From positions 5,344,001-5,408,000 of the forward strand of contig OY970194.1 of assembly GCA_963708075.1 (NCBI GenBank): 64,000 nt of DNA. The letters run 5' to 3'. This document shows, piece after piece, positions 39,140-48,492 of this stretch. This stretch comes from Sedimentisphaerales bacterium (GTDB taxonomy: Bacteria; Planctomycetota; Phycisphaerae; Sedimentisphaerales; Anaerobacaceae). Below the pieces are notes generated by a model that made no database searches, had not been told where the DNA came from, and saw only the letters and a list, made by a program, of their open reading frames with translations. How positions within the stretch are numbered: position 1 is the stretch's first letter; each line of letters opens with the position of its first letter. Made by a program: the position numbers and the translations under genes.

Positions 39140-40900
39140 ATGGTGCGCAATATAGTTTTGGCGTTGTCTGTTGCTGGGATGCTCTTTTCTGCAATGGCGC
39201 GAGGCCAAGCTGCCACCGAGCCACCACAGGTGGAGCGGCGGGTGCTGGCGTTTTATTACCCGTGGTACGGGATTGCGAGCGGTCCCGGCGGGGCGGGCCG
39301 GACGGTGCACTGGGGCAAGATCGATGCAGCCAACAAAGACATTGCCGCCAGCACGCATTACCCCACGCTCGGGGCGTACGACTCGCACGACCCCGCTGTC
39401 ATCGATCAGCATTGCCGGTGGGCCAAGGCCGCGCACATCGACACACTCATCGTGAGCTGGTGGGGTCACGGCGACTACACGGATCGTGCCATGCCCGCGA
39501 TTCTCGACGGCTGCAAGCAGCACGGCCTGAAGGCGTGCATCTACTATGAACGAGTGCCGAACCCGCAGACCGCCCAGACTGCCGCACAGGACATCATCAA
39601 GGTCCTCGATAAGTACGGCAGCCACGAGGCCCATCTCAAGGTCAATGGCAAGCCGGTCGTGTTCATCTACGGCCGGGCGGTCGGCGAGCTGGGCTTGACC
39701 GGCTGGCTGGAGGCGGTCAAGCTCATCAAAGCGGGCCACAAAGCCGGCGCGACGATCCTCGGCGATCAGTTCAGCTACGGCTCCGCCCGCGTCTTCGACG
39801 GCGTGCACACGTACAACACCGCCGGCTCGCTCGACGGCCTGTCCCTCGACGCCCTGGAGAAGTGGGCCCCGGCGACGTACGGGTCCTGGGTCCAGTTGGC
39901 CGACGGGGCGGGCAAGCTCAGCACGATCACCGTAATCCCCGGCTACGACGACACGAAGATCCGCAAGCCCGGCCTGGCCGTGGACCGCTTCGATGGCGAC
40001 CTGTACCGCGCCCAGTGGCGCCACGCCGTCGAGGCTGACCCGCACTGGATCCTCATCACCAGCTTCAACGAGTGGCATGAGGGAAGCGAGATCGAGCCCT
40101 CGGCCGAGTTCGGACAGAAGTACCTCGACCTGACGGCCGAGTTCGCGGAGCGATTCAAGGCCACGCCGCGCAGCCCGCACACGGTCACGTCGCAGGGCGG
40201 AATCACGCAGGACGAAAAGGACCGCCTCCGCGACCGCCTGAAGAAGACGCGAATCGCCGTACTTCCGGGCGCTGAGTCGATGGCCTTCTGGTGGCTGCTG
40301 GATATCGGCGTCGAGCCGCTGTCTCTGACTTGGGAGCAGGTCGTCGGCACCGACCTGACGCCCGCGAACTATCCTATCCTGCTCAACTGCGCCGGCGAGG
40401 GCTACCGCCGCACCGTGCGCGAGCCAAACGATGTTGACGCGGCCCTGATCGCCTACCTCAAAGCCGGCGGCTGCCTCGCCGCTCTGCCCTCAGGGCCCTG
40501 GCCGTTCTACCGCGACGAGAACGGGCAAGCCGTGAACCAGAGCCATCGCTTCGGCCTGACCCTTCGCGGAGGCTGGGAGCGCCCACCCGAGGGCACGGAC
40601 CTGTGGTTTGTCCAGCGCGACACCAAGCTGGCGCACGTAGCCGCGCGCTTCCCCTTCCCCACCTCCGGCGACCTCCGCTGGCGCCCGTTCCAGGCAGCGG
40701 ACCACACCGACTACGTTCCCCTGCTCCAACTGCGTGACCGCAGCGACAATCTCGGCGACGCCGTCGTCTACGCCCGCCCGCAGTCCGGCGGCCACGTCGC
40801 CTACGCCTGGTTCGGCCTCCTGAACACCCCCCAGGCCGAGCCCCTCCTCTACGACCTCTTCACCTACCTGGCCAACCGCCTCAGCCCTAAGGGACGATGA
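39140..40900 (+). CDS. GH99/GH71-like endo-alpha-mannosidase-type glycoside hydrolase
   Basis: AFYYPWYG, YPTLGAYDSHD, IVSWWG, PGYDDT, ITSFNEWHEGSEIEP. Confidence 0.85.
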   Translation: MVRNIVLALSVAGMLFSAMARGQAATEPPQVERRVLAFYYPWYGIASGPGGAGRTVHWGKIDAANKDIAASTHYPTLGAYDSHDPAVIDQHCRWAKAAHIDTLIVSWWGHGDYTDRAMPAILDGCKQHGLKACIYYERVPNPQTAQTAAQDIIKVLDKYGSHEAHLKVNGKPVVFIYGRAVGELGLTGWLEAVKLIKAGHKAGATILGDQFSYGSARVFDGVHTYNTAGSLDGLSLDALEKWAPATYGSWVQLADGAGKLSTITVIPGYDDTKIRKPGLAVDRFDGDLYRAQWRHAVEADPHWILITSFNEWHEGSEIEPSAEFGQKYLDLTAEFAERFKATPRSPHTVTSQGGITQDEKDRLRDRLKKTRIAVLPGAESMAFWWLLDIGVEPLSLTWEQVVGTDLTPANYPILLNCAGEGYRRTVREPNDVDAALIAYLKAGGCLAALPSGPWPFYRDENGQAVNQSHRFGLTLRGGWERPPEGTDLWFVQRDTKLAHVAARFPFPTSGDLRWRPFQAADHTDYVPLLQLRDRSDNLGDAVVYARPQSGGHVAYAWFGLLNTPQAEPLLYDLFTYLANRLSPKGR

Positions 40901-40913
40901 CGGAGGACAGATT

Positions 40914-41183
40914 GTGCGTAAAAAAAGAGTGAAGCCGCCGCCACTGAGAGCTGTAACTCTATTTGGCTATGATCCTCGGAGTGCCGTGAGTCGGGCTCAC
41001 TGTTGTCGACGCATGACGGCAGCAGTCAACTACAGATGTGAGCAGCATCCCAATCCCTTCGACTGTCCTGATTGCTTGATCTACTATGAATCCAGATTCG
41101 ACGAATATGGCCTCATCGTGCATGACGAAGAAAGCGTCGAGAGTCTCGGCGACGGCGTCCTTTCTGCGGAAGCAGCACCATGA
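40914..41183 (+). CDS. Small Cys-rich protein, DUF6980-like, apparently truncated
   Basis: HCCxxM...CEQHPNPFDCPD...FDEYGLIVHD; the terminal CPWCG that I recall for this family is absent. Confidence 0.55.
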   Translation: MRKKRVKPPPLRAVTLFGYDPRSAVSRAHCCRRMTAAVNYRCEQHPNPFDCPDCLIYYESRFDEYGLIVHDEESVESLGDGVLSAEAAP

Positions 41184-41238
41184 CACGACATGAACAAGGC
41201 AGGCAGCGGAAGCAGCATCGATCGCCCGGCAGTCAGCA

Positions 41239-41307
41239 TTGACAGGCTTGGGCTTGTTTGTGTATAATTGTAGACAGATATCTGTAGGTGTGGACGTTTA
41301 TACACAA
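41239..41307 (+). promoter_or_regulatory. abiE promoter with inverted-repeat operator
   Basis: TTGACA-N18-TATAAT; ttgtgtataa (41258) / ttatacacaa (41298) inverted repeat overlapping the -10. Confidence 0.75.
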
Positions 41308-41322
41308 GCTGAGGCCAAGATT

Positions 41323-41919
41323 ATGGACGCGAAAGAAAAGACCCTCGCCATTGCAGGCAGGAAAGGCATTCTGCGGGTCAAGGATCTGCGCGATGCAGGG
41401 ATTCACCCTGAGCATCTGCGTCGGCTCTGCAAAGCGGGCGCACTCGTGCGGGTGGGGCGCGGCCTCTATATGCCGGCGGATGCAGAGTATTCCACAGATG
41501 TCGGTCTTGCACTGGCGTCCAAGCGGGTGCCTCACGGGGTCATCTGCCTGCTGTCGGCGCTGCGGTTCCATGAGATCGGCACGGCGAATCCATTTGAAGT
41601 CTGGATCGCTCTGCGGCGGGACGTGCGCCGTCCGCACGTCGATTATCCACCGCTGCATGTCGTTCGGTTCTCCGGCGATGCCTTCAGCGCCGGTGTGGAG
41701 CATCATCGAATTGAGTCCGTCCCCATAAGCGTGTACAACCCCGCAAAGACGGTGGCCGACTGTTTCAAGTATCGAAACAAGATCGGCCTCGATGTGGCTG
41801 TTGAGGCACTGAGAGACTGTCTGCACAATGGCAAATGCACGCGGACCGAGCTCTGGCAGTATGCCAGGATATGCCGGGTGGCCAACGTGATGCGACCATA
41901 CATGGAGGCCCTGTCATGA
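41323..41919 (+). CDS. abiEi: AbiEi-family type IV TA antitoxin / transcriptional regulator
   Basis: wHTH with LVRVGRGLY, ICLLSALRFH, KTVADCFKYRNKIGLDVAVEAL. Confidence 0.9.
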   Translation: MDAKEKTLAIAGRKGILRVKDLRDAGIHPEHLRRLCKAGALVRVGRGLYMPADAEYSTDVGLALASKRVPHGVICLLSALRFHEIGTANPFEVWIALRRDVRRPHVDYPPLHVVRFSGDAFSAGVEHHRIESVPISVYNPAKTVADCFKYRNKIGLDVAVEALRDCLHNGKCTRTELWQYARICRVANVMRPYMEALS

Positions 41920-42833
41920 CGGCCGAGCCGTCCCGTAGTCTCGCTCAATCGATTCATCAGCGGCTGCTGAATACGGCCAGAGAGCGGAAGGAAGATCCAA
42001 ACCTTGTCCTGATCCGCTATGCTCTGGAGAGATTCCTGTATCGCCTGGGGTGCTCGGTACATCGCGACCGGTTCATTCTGAAAGGAGCCATGCTTTTCGC
42101 CGCTTGGGGCGGTGAACCACACCGGCCGACACGTGATCTTGATCTTCTTGGAATCGGCGACGCTTCCGACGCAGCGCTGGCCGCGGCATTTGTTGAGATC
42201 ACACGCACCCAAGTAGAGCCGGACGGTCTGACGTTCGACAGCGCCAACATCAGCATCTCCGAGATCCGCGAGGCCCAGGACTATCCGGGTAAGCGGATCA
42301 AGCTTCCCGCTCGACTTGGCAATACCCGGCTAAACCTTCAGATCGATGTGGGCTTCGGGGATGCTGTCACGCCTGAGCCGGTCGAGATCGACTATCCTGC
42401 TTTGCTTGACCTGCCCGCTCCCCGCGTGAATGCGTACCCCTGTGAGACTGTCGTTGCCGAGAAGCTTCAGGTGCTCGTGGCGTTCGATATGGCCATCAGC
42501 AGGATGAAGGACTTCTACGATCTCTGGGTGATATCGAAGCAGTTCCGTTTCAAGGGAGCACTGCTGTCGCAAGCCTTGGAAGCGACATTCGAGCGCCGAG
42601 GCACCACCATCCCGACCGGTACGCCAACGGCTCTGACAGATGAGTTCGCCGCCGATCGCGCCAAACAGACGCAGTGGACGACGTTTTTGAAGCGCAGCGG
42701 CCTCACCGACGCGCCCGCCCGACTGTCCACCATAGTCCAAGAGTTGCGGAAGTTCCTCCTTGAGCCCCTGCAGGCCGCCGCCCGGAAAGGGACTTTCCCG
42801 AAGTCCTGGGATCATGGCGGCCCTTGGAGATGA
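41916..42833 (+). CDS. abiEii: AbiEii/AbiGii nucleotidyltransferase toxin
   Basis: FILKGA, RPTRDLD, IDVGFGD, AEKL, SRMKDFYD; ATGA overlap with abiEi. Confidence 0.92.
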   Translation: MTAEPSRSLAQSIHQRLLNTARERKEDPNLVLIRYALERFLYRLGCSVHRDRFILKGAMLFAAWGGEPHRPTRDLDLLGIGDASDAALAAAFVEITRTQVEPDGLTFDSANISISEIREAQDYPGKRIKLPARLGNTRLNLQIDVGFGDAVTPEPVEIDYPALLDLPAPRVNAYPCETVVAEKLQVLVAFDMAISRMKDFYDLWVISKQFRFKGALLSQALEATFERRGTTIPTGTPTALTDEFAADRAKQTQWTTFLKRSGLTDAPARLSTIVQELRKFLLEPLQAAARKGTFPKSWDHGGPWR

Positions 42834-42999
42834 CGAACGAAACTCATAGCAGGGGCGTGTCGTTCCGGATATGATTCCGGAATGAAACCAGGAAATCTGG
42901 CAGGATGGTGAACGTCGCATATCTTCAGAAGAACGAGTGGGACGGCAAGAATCACAAATTTCATGAATGGACATTGAAACTCAAATAGGGAAGGGCTGT

Positions 43000-44568
43000 A
43001 TGCAGATGATGTGTGTTGTGTTGGTGTCGGTGTTGTGCTGGGCGGCGGGGGGACAGTCGAAGGAATTGCCGGCGAAGCCGTCGGGGGAGTTTTTTCCCGT
43101 GAAGGCGCAGGCGCATCGGGGGGCCGGGTCGTTCAAGCGCGGGGAGCCGGTGGTGGGGACGTCGTATTTCTATTGGTATGACATCGACAGTAGGGCGCAT
43201 ATCGTCAATCATGATGGCACGGACGCGTTGACGACGCATCCGGCGGATATGGCGGGGATCAGCTATAAGAGCGTGGATTGGCATAAGCGGCAACTGCGGG
43301 ACATCATGGATGCGGGGGTTGATTTCCTGATGCCGGTGTACTGGGGCGTGCCGGGACGCTATGACGGGTGGAGCTTTGTGGGGTTGCCGCCGCTGGTCGA
43401 GGCGCACACGGGCTTGGAGAAGGAGGGACTCAAGCCGCCGGCCATTGGCATGTTCTATGATACCTCGATCCTGCAGCACAACGGGTACAACGCCGACGGG
43501 AGCAGTTATCACGTCGATACGACCACGGAGTTCGGCCGGGAGTGGTTCTACACGGCGATTCGCGACTTCTGGAGTCTGATTCCGCCGGCGAAGTGGGCCC
43601 GCGTGGACGGTCGGCCGATCATCTTTCTGTATGAGGCGGCGTTCGTGAAGCAGCAGGACCCGGAGCGGCAGTTCACGCACGTCAAGAAGCGGTTCCAGGA
43701 GGATTTCGGCGTCGAGCCGTTCCTCGTCAAGTCCAGCGGCTGGAGGGGCGAGGCCGACGCAACCTACTCCTGGGGCGGCGCGGTCAATGGGCCGATCATC
43801 TTCCGGGACGTGATCGCGCTGGGGCCGGGTTATGACCACAGCGCTGTGCCCGGCCGACAACCGCTGATTGTCGATCGCAGGGACGGCGGGACCTACATTG
43901 ACCGCTGGACGAAGGTCCTGCAACTCGATCCGAAGCGGCGGCCGTGGATGGTACACGTCGAGACGTGGAACGAGTGGCACGAGGGAACGGATACCGCGAA
44001 CTCGCGCGAATACGGGCGAGCGTATATTGTGCTGACGAAGCTCTTCTCGGAGATGTGGCACGGCGGGACGCACCTGCGATTTGCGTCGAGCTACGTGAAC
44101 GCGGACCGGGTGAGTTGGGAGCCGGGCAAGGCCGCGGGGCTGGACCTTGCGCCGAACGGCGGCGACGGGTACTGGCAGTTGCGGACGCTCGATGGCGTGC
44201 GGGCTGCCGTATCCACGGCGAATCCGCACTCGCCGACAAGCCGGTACCTCTACTTCAATGTTGACGATGCCTTCGCCTACAGCCTGCTTGACACGGCGGT
44301 CGTCCTGAGCGTCACATATCGGGACGCCGGTTGCTCCGAGTTCCGTGTCGAGTACGACAGCACCGTCAATGAGGGTCCGCTCGACGGCGCCTTCCGCCCG
44401 GCGGGCAACGTCACCATCGCCGGCACGGGGCAGTGGAAGACAGTCGAGTTCAAGCTCTCCGAGCCTCGTTTTATGAACCGCGCCAACGGATCGGACTTTC
44501 GTCTGGCCGTGGTCGGCGGTGACATGGAGCTGGCCGTGCGCCGAGCTGAGCTGCGAAAAGCCGAATAG
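43000..44568 (+). CDS. Secreted GH99-like / DUF5010-type glycoside hydrolase with C-terminal beta-sandwich
   Basis: YFYWY, GMFYDTS, GPGYDHS, ETWNEWHEGT. Confidence 0.75.
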   Translation: MQMMCVVLVSVLCWAAGGQSKELPAKPSGEFFPVKAQAHRGAGSFKRGEPVVGTSYFYWYDIDSRAHIVNHDGTDALTTHPADMAGISYKSVDWHKRQLRDIMDAGVDFLMPVYWGVPGRYDGWSFVGLPPLVEAHTGLEKEGLKPPAIGMFYDTSILQHNGYNADGSSYHVDTTTEFGREWFYTAIRDFWSLIPPAKWARVDGRPIIFLYEAAFVKQQDPERQFTHVKKRFQEDFGVEPFLVKSSGWRGEADATYSWGGAVNGPIIFRDVIALGPGYDHSAVPGRQPLIVDRRDGGTYIDRWTKVLQLDPKRRPWMVHVETWNEWHEGTDTANSREYGRAYIVLTKLFSEMWHGGTHLRFASSYVNADRVSWEPGKAAGLDLAPNGGDGYWQLRTLDGVRAAVSTANPHSPTSRYLYFNVDDAFAYSLLDTAVVLSVTYRDAGCSEFRVEYDSTVNEGPLDGAFRPAGNVTIAGTGQWKTVEFKLSEPRFMNRANGSDFRLAVVGGDMELAVRRAELRKAE

Positions 44569-44739
44569 CATCAATTACGACTGAGTATTCTATATCTCCG
44601 GGTGGCAGCGGCAAGGCCGAAGGCTTTGCCGATGGCGAATGGGCAAACCATCGGCAAGCTGCGCTTGACGCTGCCACCCGAAACGCAAAGAGTTGGGATG
44701 CTGCAAACGAGTTTGCCCGTGCCGCCCTTTGTTGTGCTT

Positions 44740-45270
44740 CTACCGTTTGGAACGGGCTGGTGATTCGGCGAGGGCAGTGACTTCGATTCCTGTGGGGTTG
44801 CTGACGACCTCGACGCCCTCAAACACAAAGGCCACCTGGATAGTGTGGCGGCCGGTGGGCAAGGGGCCGCAGATCGCCTGGGGCAATGTCACGGACAGAT
44901 CCGGGAACTCGACCTTGGGCGCGAGCGGCCACACCCGACACGGCGCGGGTGCAGGAGTCGGCCAGCGGTACCAGTGGCCATCTACGGAGAAGCCGTGCAG
45001 CGGGACATCGGGGCTGCGGGTGAAGGCGAAGATACGCGTTCCGTGGTTTCGCAGGTCGAGCTTGAACGCAGGTGGCTCGCCGGCCTGCCAGATACGTTTC
45101 ACGGGTCGCAGCCGGCACTGCAATCCCTCGGCTTGCGCACCCCATGTCGGTGCGGCCCAAGCCAGGCTCTCAGCCTGCCCGGTCGAGAGGACAGTGTGCG
45201 AGCCACAACCTGGGCAAAGCACACTAAATGAGCCCACCATCAACACGGCGACGCATCTCACGTTTATCAT
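44740..45270 (-). CDS. Hypothetical lipoprotein-like protein
   Basis: Hydrophobic N-terminus ending CPGC, WGxxxxGLQCRL motif. Confidence 0.55.
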   Translation of the reverse strand: MINVRCVAVLMVGSFSVLCPGCGSHTVLSTGQAESLAWAAPTWGAQAEGLQCRLRPVKRIWQAGEPPAFKLDLRNHGTRIFAFTRSPDVPLHGFSVDGHWYRWPTPAPAPCRVWPLAPKVEFPDLSVTLPQAICGPLPTGRHTIQVAFVFEGVEVVSNPTGIEVTALAESPARSKR

Positions 45271-45725
45271 AAGTACCGGCCCCTGACCATGAACCCCTGT
45301 GACGGCAAGCCATTATACGCAAAGGAGATACCGACGCCAGCCCTTCGCGCCCGTACTGCCCGAAATCATGTGGGCGCACCTCGTGAGAAGACAGCAAAAC
45401 CAACTCCGGGGCCACTCCGCACCGGTTATCCACTATGCGTCCTCAAGCGTGCCGGGGACATCGAAAGCATGGGTAAGATGGGGGAATTCAACAATCCCGC
45501 TGCAATCCATTCCACAGCGTTGTCTGCACATATGGCAATGTCGTAAAGGCTTTGCCAGGAGGCATTTACGAATGCGGCGAGAACGTCCGTGCCGCCGTAT
45601 GCCGGAACCCGCCGGCTTGTGTGGACAGCCACAATGCCCCGGGTGCCGCCCAAGGCCGGCATATCGCAAGTTCTTAACATGTTATGCACATCGCATGATG
45701 CCGGCTTCGGGGCTGCTCCCGGGCG

Positions 45726-46124
45726 GGATGCGGTCGGAATGCGGTGGCGGCGTGTAGCCGACGTGTGCGGACCGACCCTCTTTCGTCCCTTACGGGACTG
45801 ACTTTTATCCCTGGCCCCGGTTCCCCAGCGATGAATCGCTGGGCTATTCTCTATCGCCCTGCGGGCTTGTACTGCGCCATGGCTGAGCTTGGTGGTCCTG
45901 TCAAATTGAAGGCTATTCTCTATCGCCCTTCGAGCCTGGACTGCGCCCCAGTGCTCTTGCGTCGGCCCATCCGCCCCACAGGGGCGATCGACACTAGCCC
46001 ACCGTTTCAACGGGTGGGTACCGATAGCCAATCCTATCCCAAAGCCCCGCAGGGGCGACAGAGGACCGGGGTGCGCTCTTTTGTCGGGGGAATCGGAATC
46101 CGCCACCGTACGCCAGCCGCACCC
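45726..46124. repeat. Family A composite repeat, copy 3 (inverted)
   Basis: Reverse complement of 822-1150 with one extra module; degenerate 8-bp flanks cccgggcg / cacgggcg. Confidence 0.85.
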
Positions 46125-46264
46125 CACGGGCGGGTGCGCAGGAAATTCTTTTTGCCTTGCCGCCGGGATTGTCGTCGTAGAGCCGATAATCAACGGCGTC
46201 TCGTGGGCACAAGTGGCGTTCTCCGAAACGTTGCGTCGACAAGCTGTCCATTCGCCCAAATCTC

Positions 46265-46293
46265 TTGACTTTCTCTCGCCAATCGAATACACT
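46265..46293 (+). promoter_or_regulatory. sigma70 promoter about 390 nt upstream of the PEP-CTERM genes
   Basis: TTGACT-N17-TACACT. Confidence 0.55.
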
Positions 46294-46686
46294 TACTTTT
46301 GTAAATCGTGCCATGTGCGACGATTTCAAATGGGGGGTGCTGAGGATTCACTTCTTCGGGCACTCAAAAGTAGAGTAGGTTGGTGGCTTGGTGGTTCAGC
46401 CTTTGGGGGGCGTTTCATCGCAAGTCATCCATGGGGGGTGCAGAGTCGGCGAGGGCCGGCGAATCTGACACCAAAGCCGGTGCTGCCGGCGTATCTCGAT
46501 CTGGCGTAGCGTGCAGGGTTGCCACACAGACAGTACACTCGGACGGAGCCTCGCCGGGACGAACGACAGCCGCACCACATGAACTGATCCACCGCGTACG
46601 GACACACCTGAACAGGTATTGAAGACGGCAATGCTCGTCGTGCAGCCTCACGGCGCCGGCGGGGAATTTCCGGAGGTGTGATGATC

Positions 46687-47463
46687 ATGAGAAGACGAAG
46701 AACAGCAATCCTTCTTACAGCCCTGGCCATCGCCGGCTTGTCCCTGGGAACTCAGGCGGCCCGCGCCAACACGGTGGACATCGTCCATGACGGCCACGGC
46801 GCCGGCGGCACCCTCTTGTTCACGGGCGCCGGATATGACTTCTTTGACTTCGCGGAAGCCAACGCCGGCGTGTACATGCTGAACAAGACCGCGGATAGCG
46901 GAATTGGAAACACCTGGCCCAACGCCCTCATCCCCGGCTTCTGCATCGAGTTGCAGGAGCCCGCTCCGACGAGCACGTACACCTACCAGGTGATGATGCC
47001 GGAGGACGCGTACAACAGCGTCACCGGGCAGACCCTGGGGACGACCAGGGCGAACTATGTCCGGGAATTGTGGGCCAAGTACTACGACAATTCATGGGGT
47101 ACCAGCGGCGCGCACACCGCCGGGCAGAATGCGGCGGCGGAGGCCTTCGCGGCGGCGATCTGGGAGATCGTCTACGAGGACCTGCCCGCCTCGCCCCTGG
47201 GCTGGGACATCAGTGTCGACGGCACGCTGGGCAGCGGGGGATTCCGTGCCGAGGAACTGGACACGACCACGGCCAACACGTGGCTCCATAGCCTGGTGGG
47301 CAGCGGCCCCAAGGCCGACTTGCGGATCTTCGTCAACCAGGGGCAGCAGGACTACCTCGTCGCAGTGCCGGAGCCGGCCACCGTGTTGCTGCTCGGACTC
47401 GGCGGACTGCTGAGCCTCATGGGGGGCCGGCGCAGCCGAGCGTCAAGACTCATAGAGAGATAG
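46687..47463 (+). CDS. PEP-CTERM sorting domain protein
   Basis: Signal peptide, FCIELQ, AAIWEIVYE, QDY, VPEPATVLLLGLGGLL...RR. Confidence 0.9.
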   Translation: MRRRRTAILLTALAIAGLSLGTQAARANTVDIVHDGHGAGGTLLFTGAGYDFFDFAEANAGVYMLNKTADSGIGNTWPNALIPGFCIELQEPAPTSTYTYQVMMPEDAYNSVTGQTLGTTRANYVRELWAKYYDNSWGTSGAHTAGQNAAAEAFAAAIWEIVYEDLPASPLGWDISVDGTLGSGGFRAEELDTTTANTWLHSLVGSGPKADLRIFVNQGQQDYLVAVPEPATVLLLGLGGLLSLMGGRRSRASRLIER

Positions 47464-47507
47464 TTCAGAGGCAGGCAAACGAAACTCGTTGACATAGGAG
47501 AGAGAAC

Positions 47508-48182
47508 ATGAACAGGTCCATCAGCTTCGCAGCAGCACTGATCGCCGTACTCGCGGCTCCAATATTCGCCGACACGGTGCCTCAGCGGGTCGTCGAGTTC
47601 AGCCCGCCCTCGGACACCGCCGGACAGTGGCACTATAACGGGGCAGGCATCCTCAGCTTCGATCAGAACATCACCATCGACAGCGGGCTGAACAGCAACT
47701 ACGACGCCCTGGTCGGGGCCCACGTCTACCTGCCGACGTTCCAGATCGGCGGGATTCCGAATGCCCCGTACACACTGACGCCGCTGGGCAATTCGACGAT
47801 CGCGATCAAGAGCGCCGACGAGAGCGTGACGTACATGACGGGCACGCTGGGTATGGGCGACCTGGGCACGATCGGCACGGTAGCGGGCGGCTACACGGCG
47901 TTCCAGGCCGACATTCAGAACCTGTTCATCACTCACGAGGGCACGATGCTGGGCTCGGCGGCGCTGGCCCTTCTGACCCAGATGCAAAACCCCTCGCTCG
48001 ATTTTGAGCTGTCACTGCAAGGCGGCAGTGGGCCGGGCTACTTCACCTTCGCCCAGATGCTGGACGGCGGTCATGGTGGCAGCGGCGGATTCAGTGGAGC
48101 GATGTCCGTGCCCGAACCGGCCACGGTTGCTCTGCTCGCACTCGGCGGCCTTGCCTTACTCCGCAAGCGCCGTATCCAATAG
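47508..48182 (+). CDS. PEP-CTERM sorting domain protein
   Basis: Signal peptide, VPEPATVALLALGGLALLRKRR; AGGAG SD. Confidence 0.9.
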   Translation: MNRSISFAAALIAVLAAPIFADTVPQRVVEFSPPSDTAGQWHYNGAGILSFDQNITIDSGLNSNYDALVGAHVYLPTFQIGGIPNAPYTLTPLGNSTIAIKSADESVTYMTGTLGMGDLGTIGTVAGGYTAFQADIQNLFITHEGTMLGSAALALLTQMQNPSLDFELSLQGGSGPGYFTFAQMLDGGHGGSGGFSGAMSVPEPATVALLALGGLALLRKRRIQ

Positions 48183-48209
48183 AACTTAAGCCCCCCCTTA
48201 CCTTGGAAG

Positions 48210-48248
48210 ACGGGCCGCGGACCTTTCCGCGGCCCGTACGCCTTTTCC
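48210..48248 (+). terminator. Terminator-like hairpin
   Basis: acgggccgcgga / tccgcggcccgt stem with a weak U-tract. Confidence 0.55.
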
Positions 48249-48492
48249 GCACACCGCACCAGCGCAACCACTCCCCTTCGCCCGCGCATCGTCATCCCCA
48301 TAGCCGATCGTCTGTTCCGTGGCGATCTTGAACGCGCGATTACGCCGCTTCCCGGCGAACAGAGGGGGCTCGCGGATCGTGTATATGTTGAGGCAGCTTA
48401 CCGGAGACTTCTTAATCCAATGGGGTTCAGCAGAAGGACGAGAACGTGAGCACATCTGGACGGGATGCCTCGGTTCTATAGAGGCTTGCAAT

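Noticed and set aside
42961..44574. 537-aa minus-strand ORF and similar long antisense ORFs elsewhere
   Set aside because: Mirror a well-supported gene on the other strand
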